DNA of 64,000 bases from Octopus sinensis (Eukaryota). The notes beneath the pieces are model-generated. The model was given only the letters and a program-made list of their open reading frames with translations. It had not been told where the DNA came from and searched no databases. The stretch lies in assembly GCF_006345805.1 (NCBI RefSeq), contig NC_043008.1, positions 66,712,001 through 66,776,000 of the forward strand, given 5' to 3'. Position numbers and translations under genes: made by a program. Below, one piece after another: positions 1 to 11,997 of this stretch (positions within the stretch are counted from its first letter, which is position 1; every line of letters begins with the position of its first letter).

Positions 1-2
1 AC

Positions 3-180
3 AACATCTTATCGATTATGGTTTGGAATCTTAAAGACAGGAACGTGGACAATCCCCATATAAATTGGAGTATCAGGGCTAAGGTTAGCAAATATATAGG
101 ATAATGTAGCAGATGCAACCTCTGTATCACAGAGAAATTACACATCGTAACATCAACAGTGAACATTTTGAACATTTGAG
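3..180 (+). pseudogene. Penelope-like element GIY-YIG endonuclease C-terminal fragment (runs off window edge)
   Basis: Frame 3 reads NILSIMVWNLKDRNVDNPHINWSIRAKVSKYIG*CSRCNLCITEKLHIVTSTVNILN. This matches the PLE endonuclease tail pattern (LS.Y.W.LKD...I.W.I...Y...C.LC..EK..I...LN) and the copies at 36480-36745 and 39691-40014. Confidence 0.8.
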
Positions 181-970
181 AAAAAAACCTCCTTTTGCAT
201 ACCCAAACAATTTAAACTACGAAATTTCAAACATTACTCCTCATCGTCTTTGCCACCTATCCACCCAGGCTGAATTTTGAATATTGATTATATGTACAAT
301 ACGTATAATAGACATACACTCCCGGGAATGTATGTTGGAATTCTAAACTGCACAGATATGTATAGTATATACATAACACATATTCATGATATCACACGAT
401 TTATAAAATATATTTTTATGAACTTACAACTTCATGGACTAATTTACGCTTAAAGCTTGTGTAAACACCATAAATGAGAAGATCCACATAACACATGCTA
501 CATGCATTAGTATAAATTCATATACATATATCTATAAGTATAGATATGCGTGAAAGTTCTTGCATAATGTAATTAATCTATTCTGAATACAAATTGTTGG
601 AAGAGCTAGGGCGAATGCAAGGAAAATAGCAATTAGGAAATTGCTTCCTCTCATCTGTGTATTAATTTTGAAGTCCCGCATAGTCTCTGTTAACTCGTGA
701 TATTCGCATCCAAAATCGAAGCAATTATTTATAATTTTAAGTGTATCGCTTGAAAATAGCGGAAATTCTTTTCACACGAAACCAGTGGTAGCATAGTTGA
801 TTCACAGATAAAGAATAATTATCCATCAGCTCTCATTCACACTGTTTGATTCTGTTGTATGTGTGTGAGTGTGTATGTATGTGTGTGTGTGTACGTGAGT
901 GCGTGTGCACGCGCGTGTATGAGACTGTGTATGTGTGTGTGTATAGACACGCGCGCGTACACATACACAC

Positions 971-1182
971 TAGGGTGTGCTGAAAAGTTCCTGGCTTTGG
1001 GTAAAAGAAAACACAGGAGGATCAGTTAATTAGGATTTTATTGAACATATCCTCCTCTCAGATTCACACACTTATTGCAGCGGTCCTTCAGCTTTTCTAA
1101 GCCCTGTAAAAGAGCTCGGAATGTTGGGCCTTAAACTTGGCCCTTCGCAACACCCTAAGGAACTTTTCAGGACACTCTCGTA
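971..1182. mobile_element. Non-autonomous mariner/Tc1-type MITE
   Basis: Left end TAGGGTGTGCTGAAAAGTTCCT; the right end reverse-complements to TACGAGAGTGTCCTGAAAAGTTCCT. TA at both ends and no ORF. Confidence 0.75.
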
Positions 1183-1441
1183 CACACACACACACACACA
1201 CTACATTGTATATATTGTAGAGAAGGGATTTAAATCACGTGATTTTATGTAAAAAAATTACCAATAAGTGAATGCTTTCAGAAGTTTTCATTTATGGAAA
1301 ACTTCGCAAAAGTACAAGTAAAATCTAATGACTAAATGTGCACTGAATATCCGCACGCACAAACATTTGTATACCTACCTACCTACCTACCTACTACCTA
1401 CCTACATACATACATACATACATACATGTACATATACATAT

Positions 1442-1519
<78 letters not shown>

Positions 1520-1872
1520 CCTACCCACTTACCTAAAACAGATGATGTATAAACATTAAATATATATCCTCAGTAATTAAGAGTTCAATTAATAATAGAT
1601 AATTAAACTCTAACATACAGCATTGCAGTAAATCCAGACAGAAAAATCTTGCATGCACATACATGATCAGCTAAAATGATCCTCAAGAGCAATGTGTATT
1701 TAGAATATAGCTAGCATAGTGCGCAATACTCTTAATGATTAGGAATAGACATTGCTTTAAATCAATTTATTTTAAATTAATTATGTATCTTAATTATGTA
1801 TTAATGGAATTGTGCTTATTTCTAATGAAACAGCTGTTGGAAGTAATTAAATTATGATCTATCTGTTTTTCA

Positions 1873-1960
<88 letters not shown>

Positions 1961-2333
1961 TGTGTGTGAGTGTGTGCACATATATTCATTTCTATATACA
2001 CACATGCGCATGCAGGCAAGTACACGCATATATAAGAGAATGCTACAGGTAATAGACATCCTCGGCAAAAGCGTTACCGACTAAACTGGTGACCCCACTA
2101 AAATTGCTAAGTGAGGAGGGTAATTTCAAACACCCCACAGAATGAAAACCACGTCATTGGTTAAATCAGTGGTTCTCAGCAAGGGTCCATGTGACCGTAC
2201 GATATTATGGGATGGGTGGCCACGCAAATAAAAGTGTACATTGGAAATCCTCAGTAGTATTTTAAGGGTCCATGAAAAAAAAATTTAGACAAATTTATCG
2301 CAAGAAGCATTTAGGTTTCTTTGTCTAATATTT

Positions 2334-2378
2334 GACATAGTTTCAAATGTTTCTGGCTACCGAAACATGTTCTTTCAG
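2334..2378 (-). ncRNA. Degenerate type-I hammerhead ribozyme-like motif
   Basis: Minus strand: CTGAAAGA, stem II ATGTTTC-GG-TAG-CC-A-GAAACAT, GAAAC-TAT-GTC. The core has one extra A and stem I is poor. Confidence 0.5.
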
Positions 2379-2491
2379 AGAGTGATATCGCTAACGTGAA
2401 TGAGTGAAAAACAAAATAGAAATTTTGAAGGATGTACCTACAAAACTAGTTTTTAAACATCGAACGACTCTGGGGGTCCATCAGAATGAAA

Positions 2492-2956
2492 TCTATATAT
2501 ATAAAGCTGAAGTTGTCTGTGTATGGCAGGTTTGGTAGCCTTCAACTAACAACGGCGCAAATTGACCAAAATTGAGAGTATGATAGAAGGCTTGCTCTTC
2601 ATTCCGTAGAAGAAAAAAATTCAAATCGGACCATGTTAACACCAAAAATTGTTTACATCAAAAAGGTGCATTTTTTTAATGAAAATCCCAATTTTTTTTA
2701 ACGATTTTTTATAACAATTGATGAAAAGCTGGAAGAAAGATTTCTTTACACGAAAATGGGCAGTTTTGGTCAGAATTCAATATTTCCATTAGTATTAAGA
2801 AGAGAGTAGGACAATGTAATTTTTTGGTGTATTTCAACCAGAAAAATGTTCACTTAAAGAGAATAACAAGCTGCATAATGCAAAATTTTTGCTTTTCAAC
2901 AATTCCAATTCTAAAGGGTCGAAACAAACCCGAGCAACGCCGGGTGATACTGCTAG
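2492..2956 (+). mobile_element. Non-autonomous Helitron
   Basis: 5' TC(TATATATATAAAGC), subterminal hairpin CCCG-A-GC-AAC-GC-CGGG (2929-2944), 3' CTAG, inserted between A2491 and T2957. These are the standard Helitron hallmarks. Confidence 0.8.
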
Positions 2957-3780
2957 TAGTAATTAAAAACGTTCTGTATGTAAAAAGTGGTCAAGAGCCA
3001 TTGGGTTGGATGAACTCAGCAACAGAGTCAATATCTATTCAATATCTTGTACGTATGCTTTTTAAATATTGTATGTGTATAGTAAGTGGTATATTCGCAT
3101 TTTATTCAAATGGAAGAAATAAATAACCATCATCTCCTTAGCTTCAAAGTTGGTAGCAACAGACCATTGGGATCAACTGGTACAGATTGCAACAAAACAT
3201 TGTGCTGGGTTAGAGACCCCCCAATGTAAGGGCAAGTAATTGGTATGATGTTTTATAGTCTGGATACACGCGCAGAGTTACTTGGTGGTATTGCGAGGTC
3301 TGGAGATCCTTTCAACCACTTTGGTAATCTGCATTCTCTTACAAGTTTAGTCATTTTGATTTTATTTCGTCAAGGACCATATTATGTGAGAACGAGAGAA
3401 TAAGTCGGATCTTTTCACAAATTTAACAACAAATAGCGTACAAACTACAGAATTTTCCCAAGAACGTCAAGAGAAAAAGATGTTTTATGTGACACATTCT
3501 ACCAGTATACAAAGTTTAAAAGTGTTTAATTACAAAAAATTATTTTTTAAATCTGCCGGTCAAAGTGAAAAGATCCTTATTGCGCACGTAGCTCTTTTTC
3601 AAAAACATACATACTTTGCGCTGGTCAAATGATGTTTGTTTATTGTCAAATTGATGCATGAAGAATGAAGAAAGAAAAATATAAACTGGCCAAACCTAAA
3701 TGCAAACTTAAATACCCTTAAATGTAGTGGAAACTCGAGATATTTATGGTCGATATTGCATAAAAGAATATTTAGTGGAA

Positions 3781-4410
3781 TCCATTAGGGTGGTCATGTA
3801 TTCACCCATTACGAAATGTGTATTTTGACCTGGCATGTAAGTTGTTTCATGGTCAATGTCACGGGGAGGAGATAAATCCTTTTGTCGATGGCTTTTTATA
3901 ACAATTGATGAAAAGCTGGAAGAAAGATTTCTTTACACGAAAATGGGCAGTTTTGGTCAGAATTCAATATTTCCATTAGTATTAAGAAGAGAGTAGGACA
4001 ATGTAAGGATTGATTGACGATGTTCTGACAAAACAAATGGTAAATGAATGAAGTTAGTAATGAAATGTGTTGAAGCATGCAGCATATCGTATTCGTTTTA
4101 TTGTCGAGAGAAAGGTTTTGCATTACAGGGATCTCATCGAATTATTCATTCACTTATAAAAGGTACATGTCTTGGAATTATGGAATTACTTTCTGAATAT
4201 GAAAACATTCTTAGTTGAGGGATGCTTGCTAACAAAGGAATATGCCTGATTTCATATTTGTCAGCCAGAATCCAGGAGAAACTCGTATCCATAATGGAAG
4301 ATATTATTCAGAATGTGATTAATAATGAAATTAAATGTGTCAGATATTTCACAACTTCAAATGACTCCATTTCTGATAGTACTAACCAAATAATATTGCA
4401 TATACAAATC
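3781..4410 (+). pseudogene. Decayed hAT transposase (TTF-type zinc finger plus DUF4371/ZMYM1-like region)
   Basis: Frameshifted pieces VMYSPITKCVF/LACKLF, ISLHENG, IRFIVER/GFALQGSH..KGTCLGIMELLSEYE and YLSARIQEKLVSIM..NEIKCVRYF..DS follow the motif order of ZMYM1-like hAT transposases. Confidence 0.75.
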
Positions 4411-5233
4411 GTATAAATTATGTATATATACATTATTTAATAACTATCAATGTTCACGTACATACGTATATTATTTATGTTAATGTTTAATTTCAGCAGA
4501 CACACACAATACAAGTAAGATAAAAGACGGCGAGTTGGCAGAAACGTCTGTCTTCGTGTTCTGAGTCGCTGAGGTCGACAAATTAAGTACCAGTGGAAAG
4601 ACTCCCCCCCCAATTTCCTCCCAAATTAAAAATGGTAGAATTGTGTTATTCGCTTTACTAAAACAACAGTGTTCATGATGGTAGAATATAATTAAACCTG
4701 TACAAAGAACTCTGAATCTGATGCAATTTTTGACAAATAAAATTTTATTTTTTATGTACACGAAAATACAAATACTGTCATTACTGCAAAATGTGAGAGT
4801 TTCAATGTTATTATTCTTGTTGCCGGTGTAGTCAAAAAGTTAACCACTGGTCATTGTATTGCTGTCACTGATTGTTCATTGTGGTTGACTGCTCGGGTCA
4901 GCAGCTATCCATATCTGTTTGCTGTCCACCTGTCATCTTGTCTCTGCTGTCTCTCAATGCTCTCTCAAAGCTTGCTCCCTCAAAGCCCTCTATCTGCATA
5001 ACTAAGTTGTGGTGAATTTATACTGATGGTTAGGCTCAGAAAGAACCATGCCAAAAGATGAAATCGTCACTGGAGCCTATTCCACATGAAGTTGTGCTTG
5101 ATCAGATTTTGTTGATTGTATGGGTTGTATCTTAGCAAATTGTGACATCAGGTGATTGCTGAATAATCCCGTTACAAACTCATTTACAAATTTACAAACT
5201 GTTATGTATTCAACACAGTTCTTTTATATAGAT

Positions 5234-5401
5234 GGTCTTAACTTATATGCTTCGTGTATTATATACAAAGGGTTTTAACTTATATGTTTTGTGTATTATA
5301 CGAATGGTCTTAACTTATATGCATCGTGTATTATACGAGTGGTCTTAATTTATGTGCTTTGTGTATTATACGAGTAGTTTTAACTTATATGCTTTGTGTA
5401 T
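5234..5401. repeat. ~35-bp minisatellite, about 4.8 copies
   Basis: Unit GGTCTTAACTTATATGCTTCGTGTATTATACGAAT repeated with few substitutions. Confidence 0.85.
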
Positions 5402-6320
5402 TTGCTGGTAGACTGCAATATGGCATAGTGGAGAATACTCTTTCAAAGCACCGAGCGTTAAAACACCTGAAAATCAGAAACAAGTCAGATAACTCGCCTC
5501 TAATCCCATCCAGGATTGACGGACAACAATGTTTTGTCATTTTTGTGGCTTATCAACATCATATATCCGAACAAGATTAGTGGGGAATTATATCACCAGT
5601 TCACAACTTATATGTATATAGCATGCAAACCATGTGCAGGTATGCTTGAGTATGCATATAAGTCGTAGACTGGCAAAGTACCAGTTATGCACTGGTGTCA
5701 ATGTAATCGTCTAACTCCCTCCCCTCAAATTTCAGGCGTTCTGCCTTTAGTAAAAAGGATTATTATTATCGTTATTTTGTTTACACGTGTTTGTGTTGGC
5801 GCCTAAAGGTTTCCTGAACTTTGTTGGAGATAATTTGATTACTCTGTTTAATTTTTGCTAGAACTTTACATTAAGACCCCTAATTCACCAGGTTAGGAGT
5901 GATGACAGCAAAATTGCACCTTAAAGGGCACAATTGTTTTATGTCTGCTTTCTTTTTGTTTTGGAATTATGGTGTTAACAACACCATAAACCACAAATGG
6001 AGATAGCAGGAGGGCCTCATATCAGAATATCAGTCATATAACTAGGGCAAGGCAAGAATTGCCCTAGATATATAGATATACCAGCTTCATTAGAACATTG
6101 AGGTTCAAATCAACAACAATAGCGCTACCAAAAGCAAACAATACAAACGGAGTCAATGTTCTGCTCACAGAAGGGGAGGAGAAAAATTCATTGATCACAG
6201 TTCAAAGTCCAATTGATACAGTGGTAAATAAGAGTAGCAGTAACAGCAACAACAACAATAATAGCAAAAGAAGGTACAACAGCAGTGACAGCAGCAGCAT
6301 GGGAACAGCAACAACAGTAG

Positions 6321-6510
6321 TGTGGAGGTGCAATGGCCCAGTGGTTAGGTGAACTCATGGTCGTAAGAATGCGGTTTCGATTCCCAGACCGGGCATTGTG
6401 AGTGTTTATTGAGCAAAAACACCTAAGCTCCACGAGGCTCTGGCAGGGTGGTGAACCCCACTGTACTCTTTCACCACAACTTTCTCTCACTCTTTCTTCC
6501 TACTTCTGCC
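6321..6510 (+). mobile_element. tRNA-derived SINE, family C (truncated)
   Basis: GGCCCAGTGGTTAG A-box-like and GGTTTCGATTCC B-box-like head. Homologous to the reverse complement of 8195-8495. Confidence 0.65.
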
Positions 6511-7412
6511 ACAAAGCAGAGGAACCATGGTGTAGTAAACTTTCAGACCTTAGTCTAGATTGTGAATCCTCTGTACCCCAGGATGGTTCAGCTCTCCACC
6601 CGTTAAAAGCCACTGTTTATGGAATGCGGATAACAACGTAGCTTTCGCACCCATGCAACCGCCAGTCTATCGTGTGTGGTTGGTGGATCTTCAAGTTGCC
6701 ACATGCATTCTTAGTAGCTTAGAGTAGGCTCGAATTAGAGATTATTCTTTGTGGCTAATGGTGTGAGTTCTGATTCGAAGAGGAACAACAACAGTAGTAA
6801 CAACACTACAAACAGCAACACTGACAGTAACAATGGTGTGGTTGCTACAAAAGAACTTTATACTCTCTCTCTAGATGACAAATGCTCAAAATTAGCAGAT
6901 GCAGCTAGATTTAGAGAAATTTAAGAGAAGGGCAGAGATTGCTCCCCACCTCCTGAAATTCTAGCTGCAACTGGAAGAAAAGCAGTCACTTTTAGACACA
7001 TTGGTGTTAAAACTTGCATCCAAATAAAAAGAACCTGACACAATGTATGGAAGAATATTGGCCATATAACTAGGTCAAAGCAATTCTTGACCGAGATATA
7101 TAGAGGAAGACTTATTTAGGACTGAGCTCTTACACTACAATACTCAGGGGTTACCCTGCCACCAGTGAGGTTTTTATTCTCTTCCATACTTATTTGGGAA
7201 GAAAGGTGATAAAGCTCCCACCAGTCCAGTAGTAGATCTCTGGTGAATTACGGATATGTAATGCAGGAGGGTAGGGTTACTATCCTAAACAGTAAGAGAA
7301 CAAAGTGGGATAACCAAATTGGGACCACACTGGAGGTTTTCCATGTAAAGCTCAACCAGCTTGAGAGGATCTCGGACCTTATTGCCCTTCCAAATGATGA
7401 TCTGTGAATAAT

Positions 7413-8072
7413 CAATGAGAACAGACGACCTGTCTTTAATAATTATGTTTGGTTGATTAGTCTGGATTGTTCTGTTAGTGTTGACTGAAAAATCCCAGAT
7501 GATGGTGACATTTTTATATTCAGTGACTGGCTGAGGATGGTGTTCATACCAGTTTGCAGGAGTGTCAATTTTGTAGTGCCTATGTATTTTCCAATGTAAA
7601 TACTGCCCTACCCTATTGTGATTTTTGTATTTTTTTTTGTGTTAGCACAGGACGTCCCCAAATGAGACAGTCTATTGTTTCATAAAGTGTTTTGCAGATA
7701 AATACCTATTCATTCCTATAATGGAGGTTTTATAGCAGAGTTCTAATTGCATCATTCTTCTTTCCCCACAACTTCTAGGTAGGTAGAGATGGTTAATGTC
7801 TGCCTTTGGGTAGTGCATGTTCTTAGATGTCAAAAATTTTCTTGTCTTCCTGTCCATTTGTTGAAGTTCTGTAGGATTCCATTTAATGATGTTAAAAATG
7901 TACTGGACTACTGGAAGTGCGATTTCCTTCATAGTTGCACAGCATCTGCCATCTCCTTCATTTATTCCCAGGTAATTTATAAATTTCTTGCGGGTCAAGT
8001 TCCTTGATGGTAGTGTTTAATACCCAATTTAATTGACACTGTTTGTCTAAGCTTGCCTCTTACAAAAGTTGC
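7413..8072 (-). pseudogene. R4/Dong-type non-LTR retrotransposon fragment (end of RT plus restriction-like endonuclease region)
   Basis: TTIKELDPQEIYK/YLGINEGDG..LPVVQYIFNIIKWNPTELQQMDRKTRKFLT...PKADINHLYLPR, then HNRVGQYLHWKI..WYEHHPQPVTE..VTIIWDF..NRTIQTNQPNIIIKD. These are R4-clade motifs. Confidence 0.8.
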
Positions 8073-8194
8073 ATTATTACACTTATTGAGACCATCATTA
8101 CCATTATCACCACCATCATCATTATCATTATATTGCTAGAAGCAGTTGATCTTTGAGTAAAACAGAACAAACCATTGGAACTGGAAGGAATTAT

Positions 8195-8495
8195 TGCATG
8201 CTTTGTTTGTTCCTTCTCGAGCCATCCCTGGCTCATTAGGGCTGGTTTCCCAGTTTCCTTGGCGTATAAGTTCCCCACCTGGACAGGACGCTAGTCTGTT
8301 GCAGGTGAGCTGCAAGATGCAGGAGGAAAGAATGAGAGGAAGTTGTGGTGAAAGAGTCAGCAGACGTTCACCATTACCTTCTGCCAGAGCTACGTGGAGC
8401 TTAGATGTTTCACTCATCGCCCGGTCTGAGATTTGAACCCACGATCCCTCGACTGCGAGTCCGCTGCTCTAACCACTAGGCCATGTGCTTCCACT
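8195..8495 (-). mobile_element. tRNA-derived SINE, family C
   Basis: Minus strand head GGCCTAGTGGTTAGAGCAGCGGACTCGCAGTCGAGGGATCGTGGGTTCAAATC. A close second copy is at 56092-56393. Confidence 0.8.
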
Positions 8496-9141
8496 TGCAG
8501 AGAGAAAAATCAGTTCAACAAAAAACTCTGGCTTTTGTTGATATATTATCTCTTCCTTCAGCAGTCGATTGTAACTGATATCTTGCATTATCATAATTAA
8601 TATTATACTTTGCATGCAGTTGATACTAAGGAATGGTGGAGATTATGGTCCTTAAGGGAAATAGTTATTGATTAGAATGAATAGAAGTTTTGCCAGAACA
8701 GACATAACATCATTCATGTTGAATGGTTAATTAAATTAGAATATAGCCTATATAGAATAAGCGTCATGCCAGGATGTTCATAACAACAAACCTTTGGTTA
8801 AACTAGAGTTTGTTCTAGAAAGTAATAAATATCTTGCCAGAGTTATCATGGCATTTATGTTCAATGGTTGACAATACTAGATTAGGTTCTTTTGCCTAGC
8901 ATTAGGTAAATAGTTTTAAGTTGTTATGGAATTATCACTTATAGTTTTTGCTTTGTTCTTCAGCCATGTTCAGTATTACAAATGGAAGTTTATGTAACTA
9001 TATGGATATTGAGATCAATTCATTAATTCAGCTAACTATATGTATAAATGATAGCTCATGGTTACATTTCTGGGGTTTATTTTACTTTAATCAGGAGTGG
9101 GGGGGATAAGTCCCCTACTCAAGAAGTCACAATGGAAAGAA

Positions 9142-9971
9142 GCAGGAGTGGCTGTGTGGTAAGTAGCTTGCTTACCAACCACATGGTTCCGTGTTCAGTC
9201 CCACTGGTTGGCATTTTGGGCAAGTGTCTTCTACTATAGCCTCAGGCCAACCAAAGCCTTGTGAGTGGATTTGGTAGGCGGAAACTGAAAGAAGCCCGTC
9301 GTATATATGTATATATATTATATATATATATATATATATTATATTAAATTAGAGATAAAACCACTATTAGGCAAATCAAACAGTGAAAAACATAAGCCAA
9401 TACATAAAATTAATTTAAAAATATAAAAGTTAAAAATAAAAAATTATTTAAATAATTTAAATTATAAATTTTATATATATATACAAATATATATATATAT
9501 ATGTATGTATATTTTTATATTTATATATTATTTTATTAATTAATTAATTTATTTATTTATTATCTTTTATTAAACTTTTAATACTTTTGATATTTAAAAT
9601 AAAAAAAATTAAATAAATAAAAAATAAATAAATAAATAAAAAATAAATAAATAAATAAATAAATTAATTAATAAATAAAATAATATATAAATATAAAAAT
9701 ATACACACATACATATATATATATATTTGTATATATATATAAAATTTATAAGTTTAAATTATTTAAATAATTTTTTATTTTTAACTTTTATATTTTAAAT
9801 TAATTTTATGTATTGGCTTATGTTTTTCACTGTTTGATTTGCCTAATAGTGGTTTTATCTCTAATTTAATATAATACAATATAATATATTTATACTATAA
9901 AATTGGATTTAATCCTAAATCTAATTTTTCCCTGTAAGTTTGGATTTATTCCCTAATATTATTATTATTAT

Positions 9972-10004
<33 letters not shown>

Positions 10005-10235
10005 ATATATATATATATATGTGTATATGTTTGTGTTTCTGTGTCTGTCCCCCCAACATCGCTTGACAACCGATGCTGGTGTGTTTACGTCCCCGTAACT
10101 TAGCAGTTCGGTGAAAGAGACTGATAGAATAAGTACTATGCTTATAAAGAATAAGTCCTGGGGTCAATTTGCTCAACTAAAGGCAGTGCTCCAGCATGGC
10201 CACAGTCAAATGACTGAAACAAGTAAAAGAGTAAA
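9142..10235 (+). mobile_element. tRNA-derived SINE family B (CORE-like segment, internal microsatellite) with a large foldback inserted
   Basis: Head GCAGGAGTGGCTGTGTGGTAAG..GGTTCCGTGTTCAGTCCC..TTTTGGGCAAGTGTCTT at 9142-9300 and tail ending TGACTGAAACAAGTAAAAGAGTAAA at 10020-10235. Confidence 0.85.
9337..9876. repeat. Long inverted duplication (arms about 225 bp)
   Basis: 9337-~9561 is the reverse complement of ~9640-9876 apart from a few 1-4 nt indels and substitutions. Confidence 0.9.
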
Positions 10236-10354
10236 GGCATTTTGTCCAATGTTTTAAAAAATTCTGCAAGTCCCTCACCCTGAACTGATACTTTATGTTA
10301 TTGATCCTGAAGAGATGAAATGCATAGTCCCTTTGTATTTCATTCTTCTAGTGG

Positions 10355-10760
10355 TTGGTAGACTCGTTAAGGGACTGAAAAAAGTGCTTTTCAGTATTTG
10401 TTTTGGATGATTATGTTCTGAATTCAAATCTTACTAAGGCTGACTTTGCCTTTCATCATTTCAGGGTTGATCAAATAAAGTACCACTTTAAAACTGGGGT
10501 CAATGTAATCAACATAGCCCACCCCTAACAAATTACTGACCTTGAGCCAAAATTTAAGACCAAAGGCAGCAAATTGAAGAATTGCTAACAAGTCAGAGAA
10601 AATGCTTTGCAGTAGTTATTCTGGCACTTTACATTCTGAGTTCAAATTCTACCAAGGTCAACTTTGCCTTTCATCCCTTCAGGAGTTGATGAAATAAAGT
10701 AACAATCAAGCCCTCACCCCTCAGAATAGTTAATTTTGAGTCAAAATTTGAAGCAACTAT
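10355..10760 (+). mobile_element. Two tandem degenerate copies of SINE family A
   Basis: Both contain GTTCTGA(A/G)TTCAAAT..GACTTTGCCTTTCATC..GTTGAT..AATAAAGTA. Confidence 0.75.
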
Positions 10761-10998
10761 CATTATTATTTCCAAGCTAATCTAAAATTCTCAAATATGT
10801 ATTCTATTACATATCATTGGAATTGTGCTTTGGTACAATTTAACAACTCAGCATATTTGATAAATAGTACTGTCTGTAAGTTAGTCTGGAATTTAAGAGA
10901 ATATAGTGCCTGCTGCATATTGGCAAATTTTAAAGTGTACCGATAATACAATTCATTATTTAATAATATAATTTTAAAGAAACACATATACATTCCTG

Positions 10999-11029
<31 letters not shown>

Positions 11030-11042
11030 TACACATATATAC

Positions 11043-11096
<54 letters not shown>

Positions 11097-11242
11097 AATA
11101 TCTATATATATATATAATCTTCTTTCAAGTAACAAGTGAGTCTGTCATTTCATAGATTGAAATAAAAATGTCAATCAATAAATAGATCTTGTATAATGGT
11201 TCCTCCTCTTCCCTTCTTCTTTCTTCTTCTTCTTCTTCTTCT

Positions 11243-11277
<35 letters not shown>

Positions 11278-11549
11278 TTCTCCTTCACCTCCTCCTCCTC
11301 TTTCTTCGTTGTTTTGTTGTTGCTGTTATTCATTTACTATCCACCTAGTTATTTGATAAATCTTCCATTTTCCCTATTCAATGGCATAACAGCTTGCATA
11401 TATGTATATATAAATATATATATATATATAATAATAATAATATTAGGGAGTATAACTCCAAACTTACAGGGAAAAATTCAATTTAATATTAAATCAAATT
11501 TCACAATATAAATATATAAAATATATAAATTAGAGACAACAAAAGAATG

Positions 11550-11780
11550 GTAGAAATCACCCAATTTCGACTCGAAAAATTGATCCAACCAAGCTCTCAG
11601 TTCTGCATCAGTATTGAATGAAACTCCACACATAGCATTTGAAAGAGATCAAAAGAGGTGGAAATCCCTAGGTGCCAAATCAGGAGAGTATGGCGGGTGT
11701 GACAGCACTTCCTAGCCATGCGTTTGAATGGCTTCCCAGGTCATATTGGTGATATGAGGGCAGGCGTTGTCATGCAGAAG
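11550..11780 (-). pseudogene. Mariner transposase C-terminal catalytic fragment
   Basis: Reads LLHDNACPHITNMTWEAIQTHG*EVLSHPPYSPDLAPRDFHLF*SLSNAMCGVSFNTDAELRAWLDQFFESKLGDFY, containing the HDNA and YSPDLAP motifs. Confidence 0.9.
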
Positions 11781-11781
11781 A

Positions 11782-11997
11782 AGGCGGCGAGCTGGCAGAA
11801 ATGTTAGCACGCTGGGTGAAATGCTTAGCAGTATTTTGTCTGCCGTTATGTTCTGAGTTCAAATTCCGCCAAGGTCAACTTTGCCTTTCATCCTTTCAGG
11901 GTCGATAAATTAAGTACCAGTTGCATACTGGGGTTGATCTAATTGACTGGCCCCCTCCCCCAAAATGTCAGGCTTTTTGCCTAGAGTAGAAAAGAAT
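11782..11997 (+). mobile_element. tRNA-derived SINE family A (best-preserved copy)
   Basis: GGCGGCGAGCTGGCAGAA..GTTCTGAGTTCAAATTCCGCC..GGTCGATAAATTAAGTACCAG. Other copies lie at 21836-22470 (three), 28808-28995, 29338-29530, 30794-31029, 41442-41580 and 49571-50020 (two). Confidence 0.85.

Larger units (their letters stand above)
2167..3003. mobile_element. hAT (Buster/Charlie-type) MITE carrying nested insertions
   Basis: Starts CAGTGGTTCTC and ends with degenerate CAAGAGCCATTG. Flanking 8-mers GGTTAAAT and GGTTGGAT match at 6/8, and the left one has central TA. Same family as 40979-41226. Confidence 0.65.

Noticed and set aside
1281-1305. 9-bp hairpin GAAGTTTTC/GAAAACTTC as a ribozyme stem or terminator
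   Set aside because: No catalytic core on either strand, and bacterial terminators are irrelevant here.
8430-8495. tRNA gene at SINE heads (families A-D)
   Set aside because: A/B-box-like motifs are present, but acceptor and anticodon stems do not close and each continues into SINE body sequence.
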